Shown one piece after another: positions 19,290 through 27,479 of a stretch of 49,915 nt of DNA. The notes beneath the pieces were generated by a model, which saw only the letters and a program-made list of their open reading frames with translations, searched no databases and was not told where the DNA came from. How positions within the stretch are numbered: position 1 is the stretch's first letter; each line of letters opens with the position of its first letter. This stretch comes from a virus (lineage: Duplodnaviria > Caudoviricetes): the IMG/VR virus record IMGVR_UViG_3300037761_000215, positions 1 through 49,915 of that record. The stretch is one strand, 5' to 3'. Position numbers and translations under genes: made by a program.

Positions 19290-19771
19290 GCCCGCCGCCC
19301 CTGTTCCCGGCGGTCCGCCACATTTCCGCGGGCATGATCCGGACCTACTGGGTCGTGTCGATCGCCACGCTCACGGCACCCACCCGGGCCGAGCTGAACG
19401 CCGGCACGGACGCCACCGGCGAGATCGCCGGGTTCGTCGGTTGGCGGCTTCGCGCCGAGGCCCGGAGCATCCAGGCCGCCGGCGAGCAGTTCGTGGCCAC
19501 GCTCGACGGGTCGCTGGAGGTGGATGACACCCGGCTGGTCTTCTACGCCGATCCGGCCGGCCAGGACATCCGCACGCTGCTGGCGCGCGGCACCATCGGG
19601 CATGTGATCTTCCTGGACGGTGGCGATGTCGCGGGCAGGCCGATGGACGTGTGGCGGGTACGGGTCGCGGCGCTGGCGCGGCTGCGGGGCATCGGCGACG
19701 ACCCGGACATGATCGACGTCCAGTTCGCGGCCTACGCCACGCCGGCCATCGGCGTGAGCGTCCCGGCGTGA
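19286..19771 (+). CDS. Tail-tube paralogue in the distal-tail position
   Basis: 'APTRAELNAGTDATGEIAGFVGW', 'RTLLARGTIGHVIFLDGGDVAG' align with 15070-15564. Confidence 0.8.
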   Translation: MSPPPLFPAVRHISAGMIRTYWVVSIATLTAPTRAELNAGTDATGEIAGFVGWRLRAEARSIQAAGEQFVATLDGSLEVDDTRLVFYADPAGQDIRTLLARGTIGHVIFLDGGDVAGRPMDVWRVRVAALARLRGIGDDPDMIDVQFAAYATPAIGVSVPA

Positions 19772-19783
19772 GCGGGGGGTGTC

Positions 19784-21976
19784 ATGTCCGGTGAGTTGGT
19801 TGCGTGGATGGTGGAGATCTTCTACTCCGGCAGCTGGCATGACATCACGGCTGACGTTCTGAACCGCGACCCGGCGGTCATCACCCGCGGGGTGGCGAAC
19901 GAGCTCGGGGCGGCCAGCCCGGGCACGCTCTCGTTGACGCTGAACAACGGCCTCAGCAAGGTCAACACGGCCGTGACCAACCGGTACAGCCAGCGCAACC
20001 CGGCCTCCGACCTGTATGGCCTGATCGGCCCGAACACGCCGATCCGGGTGAGCGCCGGCCTGGCCGGTGACACGCCGACCGTGCGGACGGTCCAGGAGGT
20101 GACATCCTGGCCGCCACGCTCGGACGCGTCGGGTAGCGACCTGTGGGTGCCGCTGGAGGCGGCCGGGATCCTGCGGCGGCTGGGGATTCAGGGCTCGCCG
20201 GTCGCGGATACGATCACCCGGCTGGCCCAGCAGAACGGGCCGACCGCGTACTGGCCGCTGGACGACCCGGAGGGCTCACGCTCGGCCCGTGGGCTCTACG
20301 GCGGTCGGTCGCTGCGCACGGCCTCCACCGTTGCGGCACCGTCGTACGGGGCGGGGAGGCTGGCGCCGTGGCTGCCGGCCGGTGCGCGCACCAACGGCCC
20401 GACGGGGTCAACCGGGCTGGTCACCGCATCGGTGGTCGGCGCCACCGCCGGCGGATGGGTACTCGACTTCGCCTACCGGGCGGCCGATCCGGCGACCTGG
20501 GACGGGAACACGCCACATTTGTTCCGGTCGACGGTCACGACCGAAGACCAGTCATGGTCGGTGTCCATCGACGCCGTCGGGATCCTGGCCACCATCCTCG
20601 GGATCGACACTGACACCGCCGCGGTGGGCAGCCTGCTCGATGGGCAGGTTCACCACGTCCGGCTGTCAGCGGTCGAGGCGGCCGGGAATGACGCAACCCT
20701 GACGGTGGACGTGGACGGGGTACAGGTCATCAGCCTGACCGCCGATATCGGGATGGCCACGATCCCGGCGGCGAACCTGGTGAGCATCACATCGGTGGCC
20801 TTCAGCGCTGCGTTGGTGCCGGTGGACTACGGCCAGTTCATCTTGTGGAACACCGCACCCAGCTTGGCGGACGCCTACGCGGCCTACTCCGGCCACGCCG
20901 GGGAGGCTGCCGGCCGGCGGGCGGAGCGGCTGTGCGATGACAAGGACGTCGCGTTCGCCAGCACCGGCGACCTGGACGGAACGGCGCTGATGGGGCCTCA
21001 GTATCCGGGCGAGTTCCTGGCGGTGCTGGGTGAGTGCGCCAAGGTGGAGGCGGCCGGTTCCCGGGCGCCGATCCTGGTCGAGCAGCGGGCCGCGGCCGGG
21101 TTGCACTTCCACACGCTGGCCAGCCTCTACCTGCCACGCGCTGCGGACCTGACGCTCGACTTCGAGGAAGGCCAGCTGAGCCCGCCGCTGGACCCGACCC
21201 CGGACGATTTCGGGCTGGTCAACGACGCCACCGCGCAGCGCCGCGACGGTGGTGAGGCGCAGGTGGAGGTGGCCGACGGGCCGCGCGGGATCACCCGGGC
21301 CGGCCGGTACGACCGGGCCGAACGCTTCGACGCGGCATCCGACCTCCAGCTGGACGACATCGCCGGCTGGTGGGCGCACCACGGCACCTGGGACGAGGAC
21401 CGCCACCCGGCGCTGCGGGTCAACCTGCGTGGGCTGTCCACCCGCACCGACGGGGCGGCGCTGGTCGCCGCCGCGCAGACGCTGGATCCGCGGGCGCTGG
21501 TCGTCGTACAGAATGTGCCGCTGTGGGTGGCGTCTGAGGACATCTGCCAGCTGGTGCTCGGCATCACGGAGACGATCCGTACCGAGGAATGGCTGCTCGA
21601 CGTGCACACCACGGCGGCCGGCCCGTTCCGGGTCGGCCTCTACGCCGATGATGCCGAGGAGCCGGCCGAGGACGCGCCGATGCGCTACGGCCCGTACGAC
21701 TCGCGGGTGGAGTCTGCCTTCGACGTGGGTACCGACACCGCGTTGAGCGTGGAGGACCAGACCGGCGGGAACGACTTGTGGTCGCAGGGCGCCGACTTCC
21801 CATTCCTGATCCGGGTTCGGGGGGTGGTGCTGCGGGTCACCGCGGTCGGCGCCCCGACGGGGGCGGTGCAGACCTTGACGGTGGACCAGACCCCGGTCAC
21901 CGCGGGGGTGACCGGGGTGAGCATCGCCGCGGGTGAACCGGTGGAGCTGGCCGTACCGGCCGAACGTGGACTGTGA
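19784..21976 (+). CDS. Minor tail / baseplate hub protein with LamG-like domain
   Basis: 'WHDITADV', 'LYGLIGPNTPIRV', 'AYWPLDD', 'MGPQ', 'VNDATAQR'. Confidence 0.8.
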   Translation: MSGELVAWMVEIFYSGSWHDITADVLNRDPAVITRGVANELGAASPGTLSLTLNNGLSKVNTAVTNRYSQRNPASDLYGLIGPNTPIRVSAGLAGDTPTVRTVQEVTSWPPRSDASGSDLWVPLEAAGILRRLGIQGSPVADTITRLAQQNGPTAYWPLDDPEGSRSARGLYGGRSLRTASTVAAPSYGAGRLAPWLPAGARTNGPTGSTGLVTASVVGATAGGWVLDFAYRAADPATWDGNTPHLFRSTVTTEDQSWSVSIDAVGILATILGIDTDTAAVGSLLDGQVHHVRLSAVEAAGNDATLTVDVDGVQVISLTADIGMATIPAANLVSITSVAFSAALVPVDYGQFILWNTAPSLADAYAAYSGHAGEAAGRRAERLCDDKDVAFASTGDLDGTALMGPQYPGEFLAVLGECAKVEAAGSRAPILVEQRAAAGLHFHTLASLYLPRAADLTLDFEEGQLSPPLDPTPDDFGLVNDATAQRRDGGEAQVEVADGPRGITRAGRYDRAERFDAASDLQLDDIAGWWAHHGTWDEDRHPALRVNLRGLSTRTDGAALVAAAQTLDPRALVVVQNVPLWVASEDICQLVLGITETIRTEEWLLDVHTTAAGPFRVGLYADDAEEPAEDAPMRYGPYDSRVESAFDVGTDTALSVEDQTGGNDLWSQGADFPFLIRVRGVVLRVTAVGAPTGAVQTLTVDQTPVTAGVTGVSIAAGEPVELAVPAERGL

Positions 21977-21994
21977 AAAAGGGAGGGCTGAGGC

Positions 21995-22438
21995 ATGCCG
22001 CAGGCTGGTGACACGATCCGGGCGCTGGACTTTCCCGCCACGCAAGAGGCTGACGTGACGGCCGACGAGACCGGGATCTCCAGCACCACCTACATTCCGG
22101 GTGGCTCCACCTGCTCAACCACCTTCCTGGTCGGCACGTCCGGGAAGGTGGAGATCAAGGTCAACGCCCGGATCCACAGCGACGGCACCAACCGGATCTG
22201 GCTGGCATACGAGTTGTACCAGGGGACCTCCGCGGGGGGGACCCTGATCGCCGCCGCCAACGACAACAACGCGGTGGCCACCAAAACATCGGGCGCGGAG
22301 GAAGGCCAGTCCATCTCCAAGACCCACACCGGGTTGGTGGTGGGCGCCACCCACTTCGTCCGCACCGTCCACCGGGTGGCCGGCGGCTCCGGCGGGGCGC
22401 TGACGCACCGGCGCATCATCGTCGGCCCCGTAAACTGA
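21995..22438 (+). CDS. Minor tail protein
   Basis: 'AGDTIRALDFP' N-terminus; end of the tail module; RBS GGAGGG. Confidence 0.65.
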   Translation: MPQAGDTIRALDFPATQEADVTADETGISSTTYIPGGSTCSTTFLVGTSGKVEIKVNARIHSDGTNRIWLAYELYQGTSAGGTLIAAANDNNAVATKTSGAEEGQSISKTHTGLVVGATHFVRTVHRVAGGSGGALTHRRIIVGPVN

Positions 22439-22453
22439 CAGGAGGACGCGCTG

Positions 22454-23326
22454 ATGAGCTTCGCACCGCAGACCCTGCTCGACGCCCGGGCCTACCTGCA
22501 GCCTCACACCGGCCTGTCGTGGGTGGCGCTGGGCATCGTCGGCAGCACCGGCCACACCTTCGGCTACCACCTCGGGCGGGACCGGCTATCGGCCGACGAC
22601 TACTCGGCGCGGGTCACCCGGGACCTGGCCGGGCTGACGGATGCCGCCGCCGCCCTGGACGTGGGCAGCTTCCCGCGGCTGCGGGAGCTGACCGCGTACA
22701 TGGCGGCCGAAGCCCGGGCCGGCCGGCTGCCGGATGTGCGGGAGCTGATCGGGCCCGGGTCGGACGGGCGGGCCTACCGGTGGGACCACCTCGCCGGCTG
22801 GTCACCGGTGCGGCGGGCGGCCGGCGACTCGCATGAGTGGCACCTGCACATCTCCTACTACCGGGACTCCGAGCACCGCTCGAAGGTGGCGCCGTTCCGG
22901 GCATTCTTCGAGCCAGAGCCAGAGGAGGACGAGTTGAGCTGGACCGAGAAGCTGAACCTGCCGGACTGGATCACCAAAGCCACCGGCGACAAGGACGGGG
23001 TGGCGTCCGCTGGCGGGCTGCTGGTGTCCGCGTACGGGCACAGCTGGTCGGCGAACCACCGGACCTCGACGATCCTGTCCGAGCAGCGGGCCGGGCAGGC
23101 GGCGATCCTGGCGGCGGTCGCCGGCGATGACGTGGGGGCGGCGGTGCGGGCCGAGCTCGACACCCACCGGGCTGCGCTGCTGGCCGAGCTCGGCGAGGTG
23201 CTGGTGCCGGCGGTGCTGGCCGGGCTGCGCGAGCAGCTGGGCGAGGTGGCCGACGAGCGGCTGGTGGCCGCCGCGGAGGCCGGGGTGCGGGCGGCGCTCG
23301 GCGGGCTGGACGAGGCGAAAGCGTAG
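22454..23326 (+). CDS. Endolysin, probable M15-like Zn peptidase
   Basis: 'GYH', 'AALDVG', 'SHEWHLHISY'; first gene after the tail and ahead of membrane genes. Confidence 0.75.
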   Translation: MSFAPQTLLDARAYLQPHTGLSWVALGIVGSTGHTFGYHLGRDRLSADDYSARVTRDLAGLTDAAAALDVGSFPRLRELTAYMAAEARAGRLPDVRELIGPGSDGRAYRWDHLAGWSPVRRAAGDSHEWHLHISYYRDSEHRSKVAPFRAFFEPEPEEDELSWTEKLNLPDWITKATGDKDGVASAGGLLVSAYGHSWSANHRTSTILSEQRAGQAAILAAVAGDDVGAAVRAELDTHRAALLAELGEVLVPAVLAGLREQLGEVADERLVAAAEAGVRAALGGLDEAKA

Positions 23327-23333
23327 ACACGAT

Positions 23334-23597
23334 GTGGTTGAGACCGTGGTCGGTCTGGGCGGCGCCGGCGGCCTCCTCGCCGCGTTCGGCTACCTCCTCA
23401 TGGCCAACCGCGCGGACAGGCGCGACTACCGGCAGGCGGCCGACCAGGAGGAAGCCCGGGCGGAGCGGGCCGAGCAGCGGGTCAGGGACATCCGGGCCAA
23501 GCTCGAGGAGCAGCGCACCGCCCGGTACGCGTGCGAGGAGGCCGCGGCCGGGCTCCGGGCGGAGCTGGCGGCGCTGCGGCGGGACGGTGGCCGGTGA
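23334..23597 (+). CDS. Membrane protein with coiled coil (lysis cassette)
   Basis: N-terminal TM segment followed by a charged coiled coil. Confidence 0.65.
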   Translation: MVETVVGLGGAGGLLAAFGYLLMANRADRRDYRQAADQEEARAERAEQRVRDIRAKLEEQRTARYACEEAAAGLRAELAALRRDGGR

Positions 23598-24130
23598 GCG
23601 CTGAGACACGCCAGCTGGCCCGGGTGATCGCCAAGCGGCGCCGCCGGACGGTGGCCTCGGTGGTGGTTGCGGTCGTCGCGTTCACCGCGCTCGGGTTCTC
23701 CGGGTGGCAGTTCGCCGGCCGGGTCAACGAGCAGGAGCAGCGGGCGGCCGAGGCGCGGGCGGCGGTGGAGCAGCTGTGCACCCAGGTGGAGCAGCTCGGC
23801 CGGCGGTGTGTGGTGGACCCGGAGGAGCTGCGGGGCGAGCCGGGGGCGCCGGGGTTGCCCGGACCTGCAGGGCCACCCGGCCCCGCCGGTCTGACGGGCG
23901 AGCCCGGCCCGACCGGGAGCACCGGCCCGGACGGGCTGCAGGGTCCGGCCGGTGACCCGGGGGCGGCGGGCCCGGCTGGTGAGATTGGCCAGCCGGGGCT
24001 GCCGGGTCCACCGGGTGAGCAGGGTCCGGCGGGTCCGCAGGGTGAGCCGGGGCCGACGTGCCCTCCGGGCACCATTTTGCAGGAGCGGCAGGTTCGGCAA
24101 GAGACGTGGTTCGTGTGCGTGAGGGAGTGA
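23594..24130 (+). CDS. Membrane-anchored collagen-like protein
   Basis: TM helix, coiled coil, '[14 protein letters not shown]', 25 contiguous Gly-X-Y triplets, C-terminal Cys pair. Confidence 0.85.
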   Translation: MSAETRQLARVIAKRRRRTVASVVVAVVAFTALGFSGWQFAGRVNEQEQRAAEARAAVEQLCTQVEQLGRRCVVDPEELRGEPGAPGLPGPAGPPGPAGLTGEPGPTGSTGPDGLQGPAGDPGAAGPAGEIGQPGLPGPPGEQGPAGPQGEPGPTCPPGTILQERQVRQETWFVCVRE

Positions 24131-24134
24131 GAAC

Positions 24135-24386
24135 ATGACACCGGTCAAGGAACAGGTGAAGGCGATCGCGGCCGGTGTGGGTGCCGGGCTCGCATCGGTG
24201 GCCACGGCGCTGGTCGACGGACAGATCACCGCGCTGGAGTGGGTGATCGCCGCCGGGCTGGCGGTCGGCGCCTACCAGGCGGTGTTCTGGACACCCCAGC
24301 CGGCGCCACTGCCGACGCTCACCGCGGCCGAGCTCCGGGGCATGGCGGACCGGGCGGCCAGGCAGGAACGGGAGGCGCCACGGTGA
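24135..24386 (+). CDS. Holin-like protein
   Basis: 83 aa, two hydrophobic segments around 'DGQITALEW'. Confidence 0.65.
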   Translation: MTPVKEQVKAIAAGVGAGLASVATALVDGQITALEWVIAAGLAVGAYQAVFWTPQPAPLPTLTAAELRGMADRAARQEREAPR

Positions 24387-24652
24387 GCGCGGCCACGTAC
24401 CGGAAGCGGCCGGTGGAGATCCAGGCCGTCCAGTGGACCGGCAGCAACCCGGACCAAATCGCGGCCCTGGCCGGAGACGAGTGGATCAAGAGCGTGGTGC
24501 CCAACCCACCAGGCGACGACCTGATCGTGGACACCCTGGAGGGTGAGATGCGCTGCCGCCCCGGCTGGTGGCTGATCCGCGGTCTGCGTGGCGAGTTCTA
24601 CCCGTGCGACCCGGACATCTTTGCCGCGTCGTACGAGCTGGTGGCGCCGTGA
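24383..24652 (+). CDS. Conserved phage protein (PGDYG-like)
   Basis: 'YRKRPVEIQAVQWTG...TLEG...GEFYPCDPDIFAASYE'. Confidence 0.8.
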   Translation: MSAATYRKRPVEIQAVQWTGSNPDQIAALAGDEWIKSVVPNPPGDDLIVDTLEGEMRCRPGWWLIRGLRGEFYPCDPDIFAASYELVAP

Positions 24653-24882
24653 GCCCGGCCACCCGTTGGCGGATCGCGTTCCTCGGCCTGACCGGGCTGG
24701 TGATCGGCATGGAGCTGTTCGCCGCCTGCGACAGCAGCGCCGATACCGAACCGTGGACCACCCTGATCGTGCGGCACGTCCCCGGTGAGCTGACCGCCGC
24801 GCTGATCGGCGCGCTCAGCCTGTGGGTTCCAATTCACTTCTGGCTGGCCTACCGGCGCAAGCGTCGGCGGGCCGCGCGATAA
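24649..24882 (+). CDS. Small two-TM membrane protein
   Basis: GTGA overlap; two hydrophobic segments and a basic tail. Confidence 0.7.
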   Translation: MSPATRWRIAFLGLTGLVIGMELFAACDSSADTEPWTTLIVRHVPGELTAALIGALSLWVPIHFWLAYRRKRRRAAR

Positions 24883-24906
24883 TAGACCCGAACAGAGGAG
24901 AGCAAC

Positions 24907-25116
24907 ATGCGTAAGCTGCTCATCATCGTGGCGCTGGTCGCCGCCGGCGTCGGCGCCGCGGCCAGCCCGGCACAGGCCGACCCGATCACCTGCCCACCCG
25001 GCCAGGAGGCCACGGCCAACCCCAGCCAGGGTGGGTGGACGTGTGTCAACAGCGGCGGGAACACCAACGAGTCGGAAGACCCGCGCCCACCGAACGCCGA
25101 CAAGAAGAAGTTCTAG
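24907..25116 (+). CDS. Small secreted peptide with two Cys
   Basis: RBS GAGGAG; signal peptide ending AQA. Confidence 0.75.
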   Translation: MRKLLIIVALVAAGVGAAASPAQADPITCPPGQEATANPSQGGWTCVNSGGNTNESEDPRPPNADKKKF

Positions 25117-25577
25117 TCATCATCGGGGCGCGCAGCGAAGGCGCGCAGCATGTTCTCCGCCCGGGTCACCGGCTCAAGATGACCTGGGCGGAGGCATAGC
25201 CTGGATCGGCAGCCACGTTTCCACACGTGATCGAGGTCCATCCCTTCGGGGATCGGCCCCACTTCCAACTCATACGCCACTCGGTGTACCAATAGGTTCT
25301 GCCACTTCCCGTCGACCCAGCCAACGATGGTGCCGTAACCCTTGGCTGTAGCGCCGGGCCAGATCCAACAACCGTCCGCCGTTCGATCTATCCGTGCCCA
25401 CAGTCGGTCGGCAAGGTCGCGGCGCTGGTAGTCCTGGCGTGAGGTGGGGCGGCGGTAGTGTGCTCCACCAGCTGGATCGCCATGTCGCTGGAACCGGCGG
25501 TAGTGTCGACGGCAGAGTCGTCGGACTTGGATCAGGATAGGACGGTCGCAAGCGTCCACGCAGCATTCGTCCACCAC
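25113..25577 (-). CDS. Free-standing HNH homing endonuclease
   Basis: N-terminal Zn finger 'C...C...LCRRHY', 'CWIW', 'VHRVAYE', 'DH...C...C..P.HLEPVTRAEN'; TATAAT 7 nt upstream of GTG. Confidence 0.9.
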   Translation of the reverse strand: MVDECCVDACDRPILIQVRRLCRRHYRRFQRHGDPAGGAHYRRPTSRQDYQRRDLADRLWARIDRTADGCWIWPGATAKGYGTIVGWVDGKWQNLLVHRVAYELEVGPIPEGMDLDHVWKRGCRSRLCLRPGHLEPVTRAENMLRAFAARPDDD

Positions 25578-25584
25578 GGCTTCG

Positions 25585-25590
25585 ATTATA
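25585..25590 (-). promoter_or_regulatory. -10 box TATAAT for a leaderless HNH transcript
   Basis: attata on + strand; perfect consensus is rare at this GC content. Confidence 0.6.
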
Positions 25591-25709
25591 CAGAACCCGA
25601 ACAAGGACAAGGGCGACTTCCGCCCCTGACCCAACGTTCGTTGGCAGTTGCGGCCTGACCTATAACCGAACAGCCGTTCCGTTGCACCCCGGGGGTGCGG
25701 CGGGTGATG

Positions 25710-25743
25710 GGAGCCCTCCCGGGTGACAGCCCGGGAGGGCTCC
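25710..25743. terminator. Terminator between late and leftward operons
   Basis: Perfect 14-bp stem ggagccctcccggg/cccgggagggctcc followed by ttcgt. Confidence 0.8.
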
Positions 25744-25772
25744 TTCGTCGTGCCCGGGATTCAGGGGTGCGG

Positions 25773-26222
25773 TCAGCCGGCCGCGTCGCGGCACTGGGCA
25801 GCGTTGTCCCGGTAGTCAGACGAGCCGATCTGCTCGGTCAGCTCTTCCACGTCCGCAGTGATCGTGTTCAGCTTGTCGGTCAGGTCCTCGACCGCCGTAG
25901 CGTCGTAGGCCATCCCAGCCTCGATCCCGTCGTAGATCATCATGGGCATTTCGGCGGCGATGTCGGCGAAGTCGGCGCTGAACCCCATCAGGTCCTCGGC
26001 GTTGTTCAGGGCCTCGAGGCAGACATCCGGGACGTCGGAGACGGTGACCACGGTCGCAGGTGGGCTGGTGTCGGTGGTGGCCTCGGCGCCCTCACCGCTG
26101 CCGCCGATGCCGATGCCGATGAGCAGGGAGGCCAGGCCGGTGAAGGTGACCACCAGCCACGCCGGTGGCCGGTGCCTCACCGGTGTTACCGGCTGCGGCT
26201 GGGTGGGTGCGTTGATGTCCAT
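25773..26222 (-). CDS. Membrane-anchored acidic helical protein
   Basis: TM segment 'LASLLIGIGIGG'; two Cys in the extracellular part. Confidence 0.75.
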   Translation of the reverse strand: MDINAPTQPQPVTPVRHRPPAWLVVTFTGLASLLIGIGIGGSGEGAEATTDTSPPATVVTVSDVPDVCLEALNNAEDLMGFSADFADIAAEMPMMIYDGIEAGMAYDATAVEDLTDKLNTITADVEELTEQIGSSDYRDNAAQCRDAAG

Positions 26223-26275
26223 GATCTACTCTCATATCTGCCCGGGTTGCAGCCCGGGCTGGTCGGGTGGCGGGT

Positions 26276-26333
26276 CTGTTCCGCCACTCGGCCCCCGCCG
26301 CCCCTCGGGGCGGTTGGGACCGGGCAGCGTCAG
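26276..26333 (-). repeat. Intergenic hairpin repeat, copy 1
   Basis: Shares a 20-nt and a 17-nt identical block with 26666-26720. Confidence 0.9.
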
Positions 26334-26641
26334 GATGCAGGCCCGACCATGGCGTTGCAGATGGCGTCCCACCGGGCGCGCTCGGTCGCCTCGTCCAGCC
26401 GAGGGATCGGCCGGTCCGGCTGGCAGCCGAGCGCCACGAAGTGACGGAGCTGGATCACCGGAGTGGCTGTCCACTCCCGCGCCCACACCACCCCCGCGGT
26501 GTCGGTCCACTCGACCAGGTTCAGGCCGTAGTGGTCCCACCCCTCAGACATCGGGTGGATGATGGCGCCGCCATGCCGCCCGCCGGACAGGCGGAGCGGG
26601 CCACCCTGTAGGGCCTCTAGCAGCTCGTAGCTGTTGTACAT
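26330..26641 (-). CDS. Hypothetical protein
   Basis: RBS GAAGGAG 6 nt before ATG. Confidence 0.75.
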   Translation of the reverse strand: MYNSYELLEALQGGPLRLSGGRHGGAIIHPMSEGWDHYGLNLVEWTDTAGVVWAREWTATPVIQLRHFVALGCQPDRPIPRLDEATERARWDAICNAMVGPAS

Positions 26642-26665
26642 GGTCATCTCCTTCGAGTGGGCGGG

Positions 26666-26720
26666 CTGTCCGCCACTCGGCCCCCGCCCGCCGGAGCGGG
26701 TGAGGACCGGGCAGCGTCAG
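26666..26720 (-). repeat. Intergenic hairpin repeat, copy 2
   Basis: See copy 1; both begin at a TGA stop codon. Confidence 0.9.
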
Positions 26721-27163
26721 CCCAGCTCGGTCACGGTGCTCGGCCGCTCGTCCGCCTCGTTCCGCAAGGCCAGGCGGATCGCGGCCTCAAGGTCCTGGGC
26801 GCCAGCCTTGGCCCACACGTGCAGTGTGCGGGTCTGAGCGCCGGCCGGCGGCCGGTGGTCGACCAGGTACTCGAAGCGGTCATGCTCCGGCCCGGGCGGG
26901 GAGTCCAGCTTGATGCGGCCGGACAGCCGGATGCCGTTGCCCAGGTCGCGGGGTGGTACGCCCTGGCGGCGGCGGTCGTACTCTGCGTGCAGTTGGCTGA
27001 TGATCTCCGGCCCGCCGGCCACGAACACGGCGCGGCCGTCCAGCTCGAAGGCGCCGGTCTCGCCGGCGGCCAGGGACCGGGCGTGCTCGGCGGCGGTGGC
27101 CGGCCGGATCTGCTCGCCGGTGACGTAGTCGGTCAGGGTGCCGTAGTCGGTGGTCTCGCTCAT
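26717..27163 (-). CDS. Hypothetical protein
   Basis: RBS GAAGGAG. Confidence 0.75.
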   Translation of the reverse strand: MSETTDYGTLTDYVTGEQIRPATAAEHARSLAAGETGAFELDGRAVFVAGGPEIISQLHAEYDRRRQGVPPRDLGNGIRLSGRIKLDSPPGPEHDRFEYLVDHRPPAGAQTRTLHVWAKAGAQDLEAAIRLALRNEADERPSTVTELG

Positions 27164-27217
27164 GATGGTCTCCTTCGGTGGTAGGTCTGTCAGTGTGTCT
27201 GGCAGGTGGGGCGGGGG

Positions 27218-27475
27218 TTAGCTGATGGCGATCAGGTGCTTATCCTGGCCGCCGTGGTGGATCGCGCACTCACGGTCCCAGTCGCTGAGCATCTTCTGGT
27301 TCGATTCGGGGATCAAGTTGGCGCCGGGCTGGCGGGCGAGGCTGCGGAGCGCGGCGTCGACCAGCTCCCGGTTGCCGCCCACCTGAGGGCGGAGGTCGCC
27401 GAGCCCGACCAGTTGCCCGGGCTGGGTGGTGAGGTGGCGGTAGGCGCACCGGATCCGGTCTTCGTAGGTCTTCAT
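27218..27475 (-). CDS. Small protein, possibly winged-helix
   Basis: RBS GAGAGGA; 'VGLGDLR...VDAALRSL...LIPESNQK.L...DR..A...GG'. Confidence 0.7.
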   Translation of the reverse strand: MKTYEDRIRCAYRHLTTQPGQLVGLGDLRPQVGGNRELVDAALRSLARQPGANLIPESNQKMLSDWDRECAIHHGGQDKHLIAIS

Positions 27476-27479
27476 GATC

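Noticed and set aside
721-22045. Many long antisense or alternate-frame ORFs (e.g. 721-2337, 3791-5626, 16680-17957, 20666-22045)
   Set aside because: Shadow ORFs expected at high GC; no RBS or motifs, and they overlap well-supported genes.
24383-24652. Tad2/Acb2-type anti-defence sponge
   Set aside because: Lacks the DUF2829 (FG.AL...RxGWNG) and Acb2 motifs; kept as a PGDYG-like protein of unknown function.
26276-26720. Integron attC sites or CRISPR repeats
   Set aside because: No RYYYAAC/GTTRRRY boxes, only two copies, a whole gene between them, no cas genes, and the integrase is too short for an IntI insertion.
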